Shown in pieces: positions 8,218 through 18,174 of a stretch of 64,000 nt of DNA (its first letter is position 1; the number at the start of each line of letters is the position of its first letter). The stretch spans positions 795-64,794 of the forward strand of contig JAUXAU010000005.1 of assembly GCA_030619765.1 (NCBI GenBank). The letters run 5' to 3'. Source of the stretch: Thermoplasmatota archaeon. GTDB taxonomy: Archaea > Thermoplasmatota > E2 > DHVEG-1. The notes under the pieces were generated by a model. That model saw nothing but the letters and a program-made list of their open reading frames with translations, was not told the DNA's origin and did no database searches. Position numbers and translations under genes: made by a program.

Positions 8218-9771
8218 GTGTGCAACATGAGTGACGTTATCCTAGCTGAGAAACCCATCGCTGCCAAAAAGATGACAGACGTCCTTAACGTAAAAACCGT
8301 GCCAGCAGAAGGTCATCTATTGGAGCTGAAAGCAAAGGAACAAAAATGGATTCCCCCATACTTTGATTTGAAATGGGCTATACGGAAGAAGACCATTGAC
8401 AAATTCAATAGAGTGATTAAACACTTAAAGAACGCCGATAAAATTTACATTGGGACAGATTACGATAATGAAGGGCAATTAATTTCGTATAACCTTTTAA
8501 AAGAAGCCGGAATTGATCCACATTCTGTACATCGAATGAAATTCAGCAGTTTGGAATCAGAGGCATTACAAACTGCTTTTGAGAATACAATCCCTTTTGA
8601 CATGAATATGGCTCTCTGTGCAGAAGTAAGACATCGTCTTGATTGGTATTTTGGGATGAACATCAGCAAGGCTCTCACTGAACTTCTAAAAAAGAAGGAA
8701 ATGGTTCGTAGGTACTATCTGACGCCAGTTGGTAGGGTTCAGACTCCTGTATTGCACATCCTCGTGGCCAAGGAAAAGGAGATCGGTAGATTCGTAGCAA
8801 AAGATGAGTGGGTAATATCGCTGAATGGAGTCTATAATAGTAACAAAATTTTTTCAATAATAAGTTATAAAGCTGATACTGAAGACGATGCGAATAAGTT
8901 TACGGATAGACTGGGTTCTGGTCTTATCGATCGTATTACTACTAGTACCCATGAGATTAAGATTTTCCCTCCGAGTAAGGATTATGTTGTAAAGGAGTGC
9001 TTGAATCAGGGTATTTCTGCACACGTCATCGATTTTATACTGCAGGATTTGTATCAAGATGGATACATCAGCTATCCTCGTACCACATCTGAACAGTACA
9101 AAGTTCACGGAGTTGATACGCAGAAGTACCTTAAACGACTGATTACTGTAATCCCACTGGCAGAGAAGGCTATCGGGAAGGAAGCAAGGGAAGGTAAGGA
9201 AGTTGGTGTGCATCCGGCTATCTATCCGATTGAGGCATATTTTGAGAAGGACCTAAAAGGGGTTGTTTGGAACATTATCGCTGATGCATTTGTAAAATCA
9301 CATCTCCCACCAGAGGAATACACGGTCATAAAAACTTATGTTAATATCAATGGAGAGATTGAACTTGCCTATGACAATCCAGATCTAAACGAGGGAGATG
9401 AATTTGATTTTGTCTACAGCATATCCAAGGGGAAATCATCCCCACCAAGGCGACTAGATCCCCAAAAAGTCTATGAGTGGATGGTCAAAACTGATCTCGG
9501 AACTGTCGATACGAGGACACAGACTCTCACTAAGCTTACAAGGACATATATATTCGAAACCAAGGATGGCATCTACACTTCTTCAAAAGGGATACAGATC
9601 TGTGACATACTTGCAAAACTTTATCCGGATATTATCAACATAGATCTCACAAGAAAGTTTGAGGAAATGATTGAAACGGTAAAGAATGGAGCAAAAGTAG
9701 AGCCGGTTCTTTCTCAAGGAAGAGAGACCGTAAGTGGTATAGTTAAAAAGATAAGAGAAGGTACTGAATAA
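8218..9771 (+). CDS. Type IA DNA topoisomerase (compact, element-encoded)
   Basis: TOPRIM AEKP and DYDNEG, GRVQTP, catalytic ISYPRT, HPAIYP, LGTVDTR; no C-terminal Zn ribbons. Confidence 0.92.
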   Translation: MCNMSDVILAEKPIAAKKMTDVLNVKTVPAEGHLLELKAKEQKWIPPYFDLKWAIRKKTIDKFNRVIKHLKNADKIYIGTDYDNEGQLISYNLLKEAGIDPHSVHRMKFSSLESEALQTAFENTIPFDMNMALCAEVRHRLDWYFGMNISKALTELLKKKEMVRRYYLTPVGRVQTPVLHILVAKEKEIGRFVAKDEWVISLNGVYNSNKIFSIISYKADTEDDANKFTDRLGSGLIDRITTSTHEIKIFPPSKDYVVKECLNQGISAHVIDFILQDLYQDGYISYPRTTSEQYKVHGVDTQKYLKRLITVIPLAEKAIGKEAREGKEVGVHPAIYPIEAYFEKDLKGVVWNIIADAFVKSHLPPEEYTVIKTYVNINGEIELAYDNPDLNEGDEFDFVYSISKGKSSPPRRLDPQKVYEWMVKTDLGTVDTRTQTLTKLTRTYIFETKDGIYTSSKGIQICDILAKLYPDIINIDLTRKFEEMIETVKNGAKVEPVLSQGRETVSGIVKKIREGTE

Positions 9772-9813
9772 TGACAGGAGTAATTCGTCAAAGGAAATAG
9801 AAAAGGTGAAACA

Positions 9814-10164
9814 ATGAATAACGTAAAAGAAAAAACAAGAGATATGGAAGAATTAACCAAGGAATTTTTGAAAAATCCAGAAGCAACCATAAAAAAATGG
9901 AAAGTTGCTGTTCATAAACCACAATGGGACATATGGTTCGTACCATATACTGAATCAGAGACAGGGATTTTTGGGTTTATGCCCTTCAATCCAGGTCCAA
10001 AAATGCTGAATAAAAGTATTGAATTTTTTAGAGATCAATATCAAGCCATCAGCCAACGTTATAACATTACATTTCCTGATGATATTCCACCGCCTGTTGA
10101 GAAAGATATTCAACTAAAACGTATGAGAACAGTGATGAATCATATGAGGAAAACCATGAGGTAG
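9814..10164 (+). CDS. Hypothetical protein
   Basis: AGGTGA ribosome-binding site before ATG; within operon. Confidence 0.7.
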   Translation: MNNVKEKTRDMEELTKEFLKNPEATIKKWKVAVHKPQWDIWFVPYTESETGIFGFMPFNPGPKMLNKSIEFFRDQYQAISQRYNITFPDDIPPPVEKDIQLKRMRTVMNHMRKTMR

Positions 10165-10179
10165 AAGAGATAAATAAAA

Positions 10180-10935
10180 ATGACAACAGTAAATAAATCT
10201 GATAATCAGCAAATCTCATGGGAAGACAAATTGCTATTGTACGATAAACTGAATAAACTGGGAGATAGGCTAGGTGGCGACTGTTTTACTTGCAATTACA
10301 ATTGCTGTACAAACATGATGATAAGGTTAAATAGGAATGAAATAAGCAGCGTAAGTAATTACTTAAAAATATCAAAATCAGAATTCAGGAAAAAATATAC
10401 TCACCTATGTCAAGAAGGTGAATATGCCGTGACCTTCAATGGAAAAAAAAATATAGAAAAACTTACTACTACAAATGAGCAACAAGAGCAAATGATCAAA
10501 GAATGGGCAAACCGGCGGGTTCTGCTATTTGAGATAATTGATCAAGAACATCCATGGCATAAGGGAGGGACGTCAATTTGTCCATTTCTAGAGGAAAATA
10601 AAAGATGCAAGATTCACTCTGTCCGGTTTGGGGATTGTCGCTATTACCCATTTGAAATGGTATTTATGGAGAATGCTCCTTTTCTTCAATTGAGAGACGT
10701 AAACCGATGCCTAAAGACTACAGCAATACTTATCGCTATCAGAATTTTTTTTGATTATTATATGCCCGATGAGGATTTGATTGTCGATCTTAAATCAGTA
10801 ATTGACGTTATGTGGGGTAAAGAGATAGTTCAAGGATTTCCTATTCCTCTGCCAATTATGATGGACTTTGTAGACATGTGCAGTTCATATAATATGAAAG
10901 ATGTAGTTTTAGGAAATAAAGGAGGTGAAAAATAA
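10180..10935 (+). CDS. YkgJ-family (CxxCxxCC) cysteine-cluster protein, paralog 2
   Basis: CFTCNYNCC...CPFL...CKIHSVRFGDCRYYPF. Confidence 0.87.
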   Translation: MTTVNKSDNQQISWEDKLLLYDKLNKLGDRLGGDCFTCNYNCCTNMMIRLNRNEISSVSNYLKISKSEFRKKYTHLCQEGEYAVTFNGKKNIEKLTTTNEQQEQMIKEWANRRVLLFEIIDQEHPWHKGGTSICPFLEENKRCKIHSVRFGDCRYYPFEMVFMENAPFLQLRDVNRCLKTTAILIAIRIFFDYYMPDEDLIVDLKSVIDVMWGKEIVQGFPIPLPIMMDFVDMCSSYNMKDVVLGNKGGEK

Positions 10936-11338
10936 AATGAACAACGTTGGGGAAAAATTAGATAATTCTCTCAAATTGTTAATAAGAGAAGACATAGACC
11001 TCGCTAGAACGAGGGTAGATTCGGATGGTGATCAGTGTTTTTATTTATCTGAAAAAGCGTACAATTTGAAAACAGAGGTTTGCCGAAATGAAGACATCCT
11101 GCGTTTTTCTCAATATTTCTTCGAACAGGAAGGCGTTTCACCAACAAGAGAGAACTTAATTATAGTCTATATTGATTTTGTTGTAATGTGTATTATGGAA
11201 CAAACAAATATTAAAGGCTATCTGAGGAAATACAACATTAAAAACGTTGACGAGGAGGATATTTTTCGGACTTTAGTTTCCTTTTTTTTACTTGATGCAA
11301 GCAAAGAAGGGGTTATTGATTTTAGAAAGATAAAGTGA
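10925..11338 (+). CDS. Hypothetical protein
   Basis: GGAGGTG RBS (true start may be ~10937); within operon. Confidence 0.65.
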   Translation: MKNKMNNVGEKLDNSLKLLIREDIDLARTRVDSDGDQCFYLSEKAYNLKTEVCRNEDILRFSQYFFEQEGVSPTRENLIIVYIDFVVMCIMEQTNIKGYLRKYNIKNVDEEDIFRTLVSFFLLDASKEGVIDFRKIK

Positions 11339-11374
11339 GTGAAAAACATGTTAGAATTGACAGAGGAATGAAAA

Positions 11375-11734
11375 ATGCTAGAGGACAATACCATTCTTAG
11401 GGAAGGGGTGCTCGTATGTCAGGACCCAGTGGGCGATATTATTATTTCGTCAAGGGATCTATGTCAAATGAGTAGAAAAATATATGAGGCAATCTTAACA
11501 CTCCCAAAAGAAAAATTACATGAGATAGATTTGTGTATAATAGATTGGCTCAAAGTTGAATTGCCGAGGGCAGAACAACAATTAAAATTAACAGAGGGGT
11601 TGACTTTCAAAACCATGAAAGATCTTATTCTTACTATAAAATGCGTACTTGCTTTGCTGATGGAAAACAAGTGTATTGAAGTAGTGAACGAATTTGGGAA
11701 ATATATTATCTTTAACGAGAGAGAAAATGGATAA
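11375..11734 (+). CDS. Hypothetical protein
   Basis: Co-oriented ORF within operon. Confidence 0.6.
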   Translation: MLEDNTILREGVLVCQDPVGDIIISSRDLCQMSRKIYEAILTLPKEKLHEIDLCIIDWLKVELPRAEQQLKLTEGLTFKTMKDLILTIKCVLALLMENKCIEVVNEFGKYIIFNERENG

Positions 11735-12122
11735 AAAATCTCAAGAATCTATTAAGGAATCAATACGAATATTACGTATTGGTGGAATAATAGGTATGAA
11801 GGGACTTGGATATTTTTGTAAGACAGGTAGAAAAGAACTTACAAAAATTACTACAGCAGAAGCAGTTATTCAAGATCCTAGGATACCAAAACAGGTTTTT
11901 GTTATTGATCCATTGCCAACACAGTTTCTTCAAGACAGATATGATCTGATTGTAAAACTGGCAAGAGAATTAGGAATAAACGTTATCGATAGATCATTTT
12001 TGGAATCAAAGCCTTTCTGCCACATCTGCAAACGGCATTATGATGAATACGACTGTGTCACAGGATTTCGAGATGGTAGTGCAATATTTACTTGTGAAAG
12101 CTGTTTAAGAGGTGGCAGGTAA
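11727..12122 (+). CDS. Hypothetical protein with C-terminal Zn finger
   Basis: CHIC...CESC; likely start MDKK overlapping the upstream stop. Confidence 0.7.
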   Translation: MDKKSQESIKESIRILRIGGIIGMKGLGYFCKTGRKELTKITTAEAVIQDPRIPKQVFVIDPLPTQFLQDRYDLIVKLARELGINVIDRSFLESKPFCHICKRHYDEYDCVTGFRDGSAIFTCESCLRGGR

Positions 12123-12133
12123 ATGGAGGGGAA

Positions 12134-12352
12134 ATGAAAGCGAAGTGTCCGTATTGCCAAACACCTGTCAACATACGATCAGTGTATAATTTGTGCCGAA
12201 GGCATGGTGATGCCGATGGTATTACAGCAGCAACGGGTTATCATCGATGCCCTGGGTGTAACAAGGTGTTTGAATATTCAACTAGTGAAGTAAAAAGCTG
12301 GGAACAGGTTACTGAAACAACGATGTTGCCGGAGAAAGATAAGGTGAAATAA
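12134..12352 (+). CDS. Small Zn-ribbon protein
   Basis: CPYC...CPGC; GGAGG RBS. Confidence 0.75.
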   Translation: MKAKCPYCQTPVNIRSVYNLCRRHGDADGITAATGYHRCPGCNKVFEYSTSEVKSWEQVTETTMLPEKDKVK

Positions 12353-12844
12353 ATGGAAAAAGATGATATAATAAAACAACAAGAAGAACATGACAAGAGA
12401 AAAAAAATCATTCAAAAGCAGAAGTTGATAAATGACTATGGGCTTAAGATATTTGAAACAACAGCTGAAATGGAGTATAAAGTAAAGTTGGATGATGATG
12501 GGCATATCTTAAATCCATTAACAGATGAGAAGATAGATGAGATCTGCAACATTTTAGGAATCGATGATTTGAAAATGAATGAATGTACACTTGCAATCAC
12601 TGATGCTGATGACATCCAAAAGGCTGCTAAGACAAAAACCAATAGATTTCTTGCCCATTTTGTGAAAGCGAAAGGCAAAGAAGTCATGTTGCTGTCCTGG
12701 GTTGCAGAATATAATACTCCTGATAAGCATATTTTAGAGTTTACAGATAATAGTGTAAAAGGCTGTGAAAAAATAAATGAGTTATTAGTGAAGCATTTAG
12801 GAGATCTAGCTGGTTTTACTGAATTTGTTGAAAAACAAAGGTGA
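12353..12844 (+). CDS. Hypothetical protein
   Basis: AGGTGA RBS; abuts the upstream stop. Confidence 0.75.
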   Translation: MEKDDIIKQQEEHDKRKKIIQKQKLINDYGLKIFETTAEMEYKVKLDDDGHILNPLTDEKIDEICNILGIDDLKMNECTLAITDADDIQKAAKTKTNRFLAHFVKAKGKEVMLLSWVAEYNTPDKHILEFTDNSVKGCEKINELLVKHLGDLAGFTEFVEKQR

Positions 12845-12850
12845 AATAAA

Positions 12851-13816
12851 ATGGATGAAGAGTTGAAACGATTAGAGCAATTCGGGTTACTGAAGATTAG
12901 TAAAATAAACTCGACTGGCGTAAAGTGTCGATTATCTAGTAATTGTATAGAGGGAATACTTAACTCCGTCCAAGGAGTATACACAGGGCATCAATCCTTG
13001 GGTGAAGAACTAAAAAAGATAGCATTAGATAGCATAAAAAATATGATACAGCAAATTAATTTTTGTACTGGAGATTGTTCTAGCTGCAATTTTTTTGCAT
13101 GCAAAATTATTTTCGAGATATGGGAACAAATGGAGAAAGCTGGTGAGGTTAAGCTAAAGACTGGTATGGTTGTTAGGCATCATACCTTGTTAACTTTATC
13201 TGTTGTGGAAGAAAAGGTAAAAGAAGTATTCAAAAGGGATGGGTTTGTTACATCTGCGCTTTTTACTCCTGATAGAATATATTATATGCCACCTTTTGAA
13301 AATGCTACGGAAAAAGAAGACGCATATAAATCCTTGCGTAAAATTATTCAGGATGTAAACCCAGAGAAATACTGGTTTGTGTCTGAAGCATGGCTTGGAT
13401 ATAATATATTTACAGCTCCTTCTGAGGATGAGAATAGAGAAAAAAAAGTAATAATTATAGAATATGGTCGTAGTGATCCAACGGAAGAAAAAACAGTTTT
13501 ATATGATTTGGATTTTGATAATCGTACTTTGGTTAATCGTGAAGAGCATACAGGAAATGAATATGATGATCGTATGAATTTTTATTTGGAAGATGTAGTA
13601 GAGGAAAGAGGACAGCAATTTGTCAAAGAAAAGTTAACCGAGTGGATACATGAACATGAAAAATCAGTTATCGAAGATGCGAAAGAATTCCTTGGTTCAA
13701 ACGATACAGAGTATGTTATCAAAAATATGGTAGAAGCAGCTTTGAATGATGGTATTTTTCCTCCCGGTTTTATTGATAAATATAAGGGAAAACAGGAGAA
13801 AGATAAGACTAATTGA
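12851..13816 (+). CDS. Hypothetical protein
   Basis: 321 aa, AGGTGA RBS; CTGDCSSC and FVSEAW motifs. Confidence 0.75.
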   Translation: MDEELKRLEQFGLLKISKINSTGVKCRLSSNCIEGILNSVQGVYTGHQSLGEELKKIALDSIKNMIQQINFCTGDCSSCNFFACKIIFEIWEQMEKAGEVKLKTGMVVRHHTLLTLSVVEEKVKEVFKRDGFVTSALFTPDRIYYMPPFENATEKEDAYKSLRKIIQDVNPEKYWFVSEAWLGYNIFTAPSEDENREKKVIIIEYGRSDPTEEKTVLYDLDFDNRTLVNREEHTGNEYDDRMNFYLEDVVEERGQQFVKEKLTEWIHEHEKSVIEDAKEFLGSNDTEYVIKNMVEAALNDGIFPPGFIDKYKGKQEKDKTN

Positions 13817-13843
13817 AAAGAGAAAAAAGATAAATGTGAGATA

Positions 13844-14062
13844 ATGAACTGCCCTAACTGTGGATATAAATTCGATGGTCATATGTGTATTGCCGATGAA
13901 AAAGCTGAATTTAGAGATGGTGATATCTCCATTTGTTTAAACTGTGGAGAGGTTCATCAATATAAAAATGGAGTTTTAGAGTTAATTGATATACGGGATC
14001 TCCCAAAAGAAATACAAGAAGAGATATTGAAAATAAATGCGGTTAGACAACTGATGAAATAA
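13844..14062 (+). CDS. Small Zn-finger protein
   Basis: CPNCG...CLNCG. Confidence 0.78.
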   Translation: MNCPNCGYKFDGHMCIADEKAEFRDGDISICLNCGEVHQYKNGVLELIDIRDLPKEIQEEILKINAVRQLMK

Positions 14063-14574
14063 TGACCGAACTCAAACCCCAACTCTATTGTACTAAAAAA
14101 ACCGAAGGACCTATATTCAGGCCTATTGAGAATGATAATTTTATAAAACCAAATGGGGGGATATGGACTTCTACTTATACTCCCAATGAGAAATATCCTA
14201 GTGCATGGTATGAATGGTGTGCTATTGTAAGCCCTGGAAAGGTAGAGCCACCCTGCTATTTTTACATTCTATATCCCAAAGATACAGCAAAGGTATATAC
14301 AATTAATTCTCGCGAGGATCTAAAAAAACTCTATCAAAATGGTTTTGCTTGTACTGATACAGGTATTCCTTTTATAAAATTCCTCGATTTTGTGAAGGTT
14401 GCAAAAGTATATGATGCAATTCATCTCACTGAAAAGGGACAAGTAAGCACTCCCTTCTCATCTGGATCATATAGTCTAGACTGGGATTGTGAATGCACTC
14501 TATGGTTTAGAGATGTCTTTGAAGAGATAAAAAGTATCAATATTACGGAAGTATTAGAGGATGAGGTGAAATAG
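14062..14574 (+). CDS. Conserved phage-type hypothetical protein
   Basis: KPNGGIWTS...W.EWC...YDAIHLT..G...WDCECTLWF pattern; TAATG coupling with the upstream gene. Confidence 0.7.
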   Translation: MTELKPQLYCTKKTEGPIFRPIENDNFIKPNGGIWTSTYTPNEKYPSAWYEWCAIVSPGKVEPPCYFYILYPKDTAKVYTINSREDLKKLYQNGFACTDTGIPFIKFLDFVKVAKVYDAIHLTEKGQVSTPFSSGSYSLDWDCECTLWFRDVFEEIKSINITEVLEDEVK

Positions 14575-14997
14575 TTGGAAGAAAAAAATCAGCGGGTTCT
14601 GCAAGAAGTTGAAACATTATTATCTGATCTATCTACAGAGTTTAATGTACCAATGCCTATGTACTGTGTCTACGATTTATATCCTATGAAACGACTCGGT
14701 GAATTCAAACCCCCTGGATCAGTTTCGAGAGCCAAAATATCTAATCCATTGGTTGGTGTGATACCAAAGGCATGGTTTGTTTCTGCTCGTAAAATATGTT
14801 ATTTAGTGTTGTTTCTCCAGAATAGAAAGTTTGTTGGAAAGGAGAATATTGTCCATGAGTTTTTTCATTATAAACACTATGTCGAGAGTGATTATGACTG
14901 GAGGAATAGAACATCAGAAGAACAGGAACAAGAAGAGAAAAGAACGCAGTCTGAAACAAGAAAATACATGAAGAAACTTAGAGAAAAGGTGAAATAA
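14575..14997 (+). CDS. HExxH zincin-like metallopeptidase domain protein
   Basis: IVHEFFHYKH followed by a downstream EE. Confidence 0.65.
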   Translation: MEEKNQRVLQEVETLLSDLSTEFNVPMPMYCVYDLYPMKRLGEFKPPGSVSRAKISNPLVGVIPKAWFVSARKICYLVLFLQNRKFVGKENIVHEFFHYKHYVESDYDWRNRTSEEQEQEEKRTQSETRKYMKKLREKVK

Positions 14998-15480
14998 ATG
15001 AGATTTAAATCAAAAATAAAGAGGCAACAGAACAATGACGGGATAGGTTACAACATTTTTAAAATACCACAAGCGTTTACTGATGAAGAGGTCTATTTTG
15101 ATAGAGTTATTGCAAATACCCTTCGGAAGATACCAGAAAATGTAAGAGACAAGATTATTATTAATGAAGTAATATTTAATCGTGGAATATCCGAAGATTA
15201 TGGATCAGCAGACGAGTTATGGTTGCGAGTTTCATCAGAGGCAACAGAGATTAGACGTCCTCTCATTACATTAAATTTTACAAAGATGATGAATGACAAT
15301 TTAACTGAATCTGATATGATGTTTCATATTGCGCATGAAATTGCCCATGTTGTTTTAGAACATCATAAACCACGTGAATTTAATATGGAGCAATGGTTAG
15401 CTGATGAACGAGAAGCAGATGAGTTAGCAAAGAAATGGGGGTTTAAAAAACCAAAAAAGAAAAAAGATAAGGTGAAATAG
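14998..15480 (+). CDS. ImmA/IrrE-like HExxH metallopeptidase
   Basis: IAHEIAHVVLEH...EREADELAKKWGF. Confidence 0.8.
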   Translation: MRFKSKIKRQQNNDGIGYNIFKIPQAFTDEEVYFDRVIANTLRKIPENVRDKIIINEVIFNRGISEDYGSADELWLRVSSEATEIRRPLITLNFTKMMNDNLTESDMMFHIAHEIAHVVLEHHKPREFNMEQWLADEREADELAKKWGFKKPKKKKDKVK

Positions 15481-15482
15481 AA

Positions 15483-15776
15483 ATGAAAGGGAATTTTGAT
15501 GGCGCATTCGGATCACCGGGACCTGTTGGATGTATATTTTGCGGGGATAAAAAGGTGCCGGGGTCTTGTTGGCATGGTTCTACAGATATTTTTGTATGTT
15601 ATCAATGCATACGAGAAGGAATGTTAGGACGATTAATTGGAGATGCTATAGCAGATCATAATTGTAGTGAGTTAGATTATGGTACAGTGCATCAGGTGTT
15701 AGAGAGATTATTAACAGCAACTGAGAAGGAAGCGTTATATACAATAATTCATCAAAAGGACATGCTAAAGAAATAG
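15483..15776 (+). CDS. Zn-finger hypothetical protein
   Basis: CIFCG...VCYQC (ClpX Zn-finger-like spacing). Confidence 0.65.
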   Translation: MKGNFDGAFGSPGPVGCIFCGDKKVPGSCWHGSTDIFVCYQCIREGMLGRLIGDAIADHNCSELDYGTVHQVLERLLTATEKEALYTIIHQKDMLKK

Positions 15777-15972
15777 GTATATTATGACGTAATTATATGT
15801 CCGAAACAGCTGATGATTTAGAAAAGCAATTAGCAGCATTAAAAAACAACGTGAGAGGCTTGAAGAGGGAACAAAACAGGAAACAGCTACGGAACGTGCC
15901 CGTCGGATTGCAGATTTTTATGGGATAGACATTAAAGGGTGGAAATTAAAGGAGCCATGTGGTAGCCCGTAT

Positions 15973-16284
15973 TTGAGCATGGTAGTGGATTTGAAAACAA
16001 ATACTATATATCTTTGTTCAGCTTGGATGAAACATGAAACAGATGAGACAGTAGCGTTTTATCTTACCCATGAGGTTTCACATAGAAAAACAAAGGATGA
16101 GGCTCTTGCTACTCTTTATGGCATTGAGATATTAAAGGATAAAATGCCCTCTGATGATCTCAAAAAGAGGGCTAGCATATGGTATGACGATTATAGTGCT
16201 AGGACACCCGAAGAGACGTTTTTATATCCCGCTGATCTTAAGTATTTAGAGAAGATAAGAAAGTATACTACTGGTGAAGAATAG
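15973..16284 (+). CDS. HExxH-motif protein; start uncertain, may extend upstream
   Basis: YLTHEVSH...DEALA. Confidence 0.55.
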   Translation: MSMVVDLKTNTIYLCSAWMKHETDETVAFYLTHEVSHRKTKDEALATLYGIEILKDKMPSDDLKKRASIWYDDYSARTPEETFLYPADLKYLEKIRKYTTGEE

Positions 16285-16407
16285 GTAAAAGAATGAAAAA
16301 ATTAAGAAGAGTAGAAATATGGAGACGTAAAGTTTATCTACCAAAAACGTAATACAGATGAAAAGTGAAGTATAAAATTAACTGAATAAAAATAAGTAGG
16401 TGATTAA

Positions 16408-16764
16408 ATGAAAAGAAAAGCAAGTCGAGAAGATGCGAAACGATTGGAGAAACCTGCTAAAATACCGGAAATACTTGGAAGAGACGACATCGGAGAGGAC
16501 CCTGGACAATCTATAGATTTTGAAATTGTAAAAGATGACAAGGGTCGATTAATTCTACACACAGTAGGGGAACACATAACGACAGAAGATGAATATAACC
16601 GGTATCCTAAACCGTTTTTCGTGTCTAAAGAGTTAAAGGCGTTTTTGAAGGAAGAACTCCTCGACCGTGGAGCTGCTATGAGGAATGACCAAGAGCAGAT
16701 GATATACCTCACCTGTAATCCCCAAGATATAATTCATGATGATGATAACCAGAAAAAAAAATAA
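16408..16764 (+). CDS. Hypothetical protein
   Basis: AGGTGA RBS; last gene of the rightward run. Confidence 0.65.
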   Translation: MKRKASREDAKRLEKPAKIPEILGRDDIGEDPGQSIDFEIVKDDKGRLILHTVGEHITTEDEYNRYPKPFFVSKELKAFLKEELLDRGAAMRNDQEQMIYLTCNPQDIIHDDDNQKKK

Positions 16765-16805
16765 AAAGAGTATTTTATAATATCTCTCCTAGTCTTGGTT
16801 CATTA

Positions 16806-17447
16806 TTAGGATTCTTTTTTATTCTTTTCTTTTTCCTTTCGCATTTCTTTAAATGTCTCACGGAACCATTTATCTACTTCTTCATCGCTGTCGTTACCAG
16901 TGTACTCACCATGTGATGCATCTAAAGTAGAAGATCTCATCCAGTATCCACGTACCCATTTAGGGAAGTCTCTAAGTTTTTCCACCTGTTTACATAATGC
17001 CATCAATGGCATAAGTTCTGTTACTTCTTGGAAACCTAGTATTTCTCTTGTAACAATATATCCACGTTTCATAATGTAGCTTTCGATAGCTTCTTCAATG
17101 ATACGATTTCTAGTGATTTTCATAAGCTCCCATCTTTTAGTGTCCCTCTTGGCTATATCATCCAAAATTTCCACATATTCAGGGGGGAGGGAGATGGTAA
17201 ACTTTCTCCATGGGTTATTTTCTAGTTCCTCTTGTAAATCATCTGCTTCACCTTGTGTGAATTCGATGATTCTATCATCGTCTTGATCGTAGGGTAGAGA
17301 AAGCCGATATTTGCGGTTTCTCTCTTCTTCAGCTGCCTTTTTAAAGAATTGCTTTTTGGTTTCTTCTTTTTCTTCTAACATTTCTAACACCTTGTTAAAT
17401 TGGGTAAGTTTTTTAATAACTTGCCATGTTATTGTATGTGCTATCAA
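16806..17447 (-). CDS. Protein with internal ribbon-helix-helix domain
   Basis: KFTISLPPEYVEILDDIAKR...ITRNRIIEEAIESYI. Confidence 0.7.
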   Translation of the reverse strand: MIAHTITWQVIKKLTQFNKVLEMLEEKEETKKQFFKKAAEEERNRKYRLSLPYDQDDDRIIEFTQGEADDLQEELENNPWRKFTISLPPEYVEILDDIAKRDTKRWELMKITRNRIIEEAIESYIMKRGYIVTREILGFQEVTELMPLMALCKQVEKLRDFPKWVRGYWMRSSTLDASHGEYTGNDSDEEVDKWFRETFKEMRKEKEKNKKES

Positions 17448-17684
17448 GTATTTAATGCTTTCGGTATTTGGCTTGATCGGCGGTGATTAATTGTTATTGG
17501 ACTACAAACAATGTGGATATGCATAAAAAATATGTGAGTATATTTTAATGAAAATTTATTATGGGTAATAAAATAATTAATATATATTTAGTTGGGAGAG
17601 TAGAATGATATTAGTCGATGGTTAAAAATAAAAGAAGGGGAGAGGAGACGAAACTTTTAAATGGTCACAATAATATACTAATAT

Positions 17685-17945
17685 TGCAAATAGTCAGATA
17701 AGAATTAGAATCTGGCAGACTATTGCGAGCCAATGTAAGGATGAAGCCCAATGGAAAAGTGCGAGCCATTATGCAGTTGAAGCCCAGTTGAAATATGCGA
17801 GCCATATAAAGATTGAAGCCCAAGAGTTTCTTGCGTATAGCCAAGATGGCTGTGAAACCCATGGAATTTCTGCGTAGCCAGGATGAATATGAAACCCACT
17901 TGGCACTTGCGTAAACCAACAAACACATGAAGGCCAAAAGATAGT
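17685..17945 (+). ncRNA. TIGR array 3 (orphan), 6 clear units plus 1 degenerate unit
   Basis: TGCGAGCCA-N9-TGAAGCCCA-N9 on the plus strand from 17724; edge repeats vary 9-12 nt; TATA-like TTTTAAA ~25 nt upstream. Confidence 0.9.
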
Positions 17946-17983
17946 ATTGACTAACTTATCAATTTTTAAGTCAGTCAATACTA
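17942..17983 (+). terminator. Stem-loop at the 3' end of TIGR array 3, homologous to the array 1 hairpin
   Basis: TAGTATTGACTAACTTA-8 nt-TAAGTCAGTCAATACTA, 17-bp stem with one mismatch. Confidence 0.75.
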
Positions 17984-18012
17984 ATATTCAATATCAGATA
18001 GGAAAATACTGC

Positions 18013-18174
18013 CTATTGAATTACCTTCCGCAGCCTTAACTCACCAATACCAATGGGTTCAATATCCAACATGTCTCCAGCCTTAAATCTATATAGATCG
18101 CATACTTGCTTCGGAATTGTGATAACGAAGCTACCGTGGACCAATCGTAGTTTTCGTTCCATATGGAAACCCAT
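18013..18174 (-). CDS. AbrB/MazE/SpoVT-family DNA-binding protein
   Basis: RKLRLVHGSFVITIPKQVCDLYRFKAGDML. Confidence 0.85.
   Translation of the reverse strand: MGFHMERKLRLVHGSFVITIPKQVCDLYRFKAGDMLDIEPIGIGELRLRKVIQ

Noticed and set aside
8305-8322. Possible self-target of the unit at 3157 (ATGGAAGGTCATTGTTTG) in the topoisomerase gene (GCAGAAGGTCATCTATTG)
   Set aside because: Only 12/18 match, compatible with chance. Spot checks of other guides found no full 18-bp target in the window, but the search was by eye and not exhaustive.
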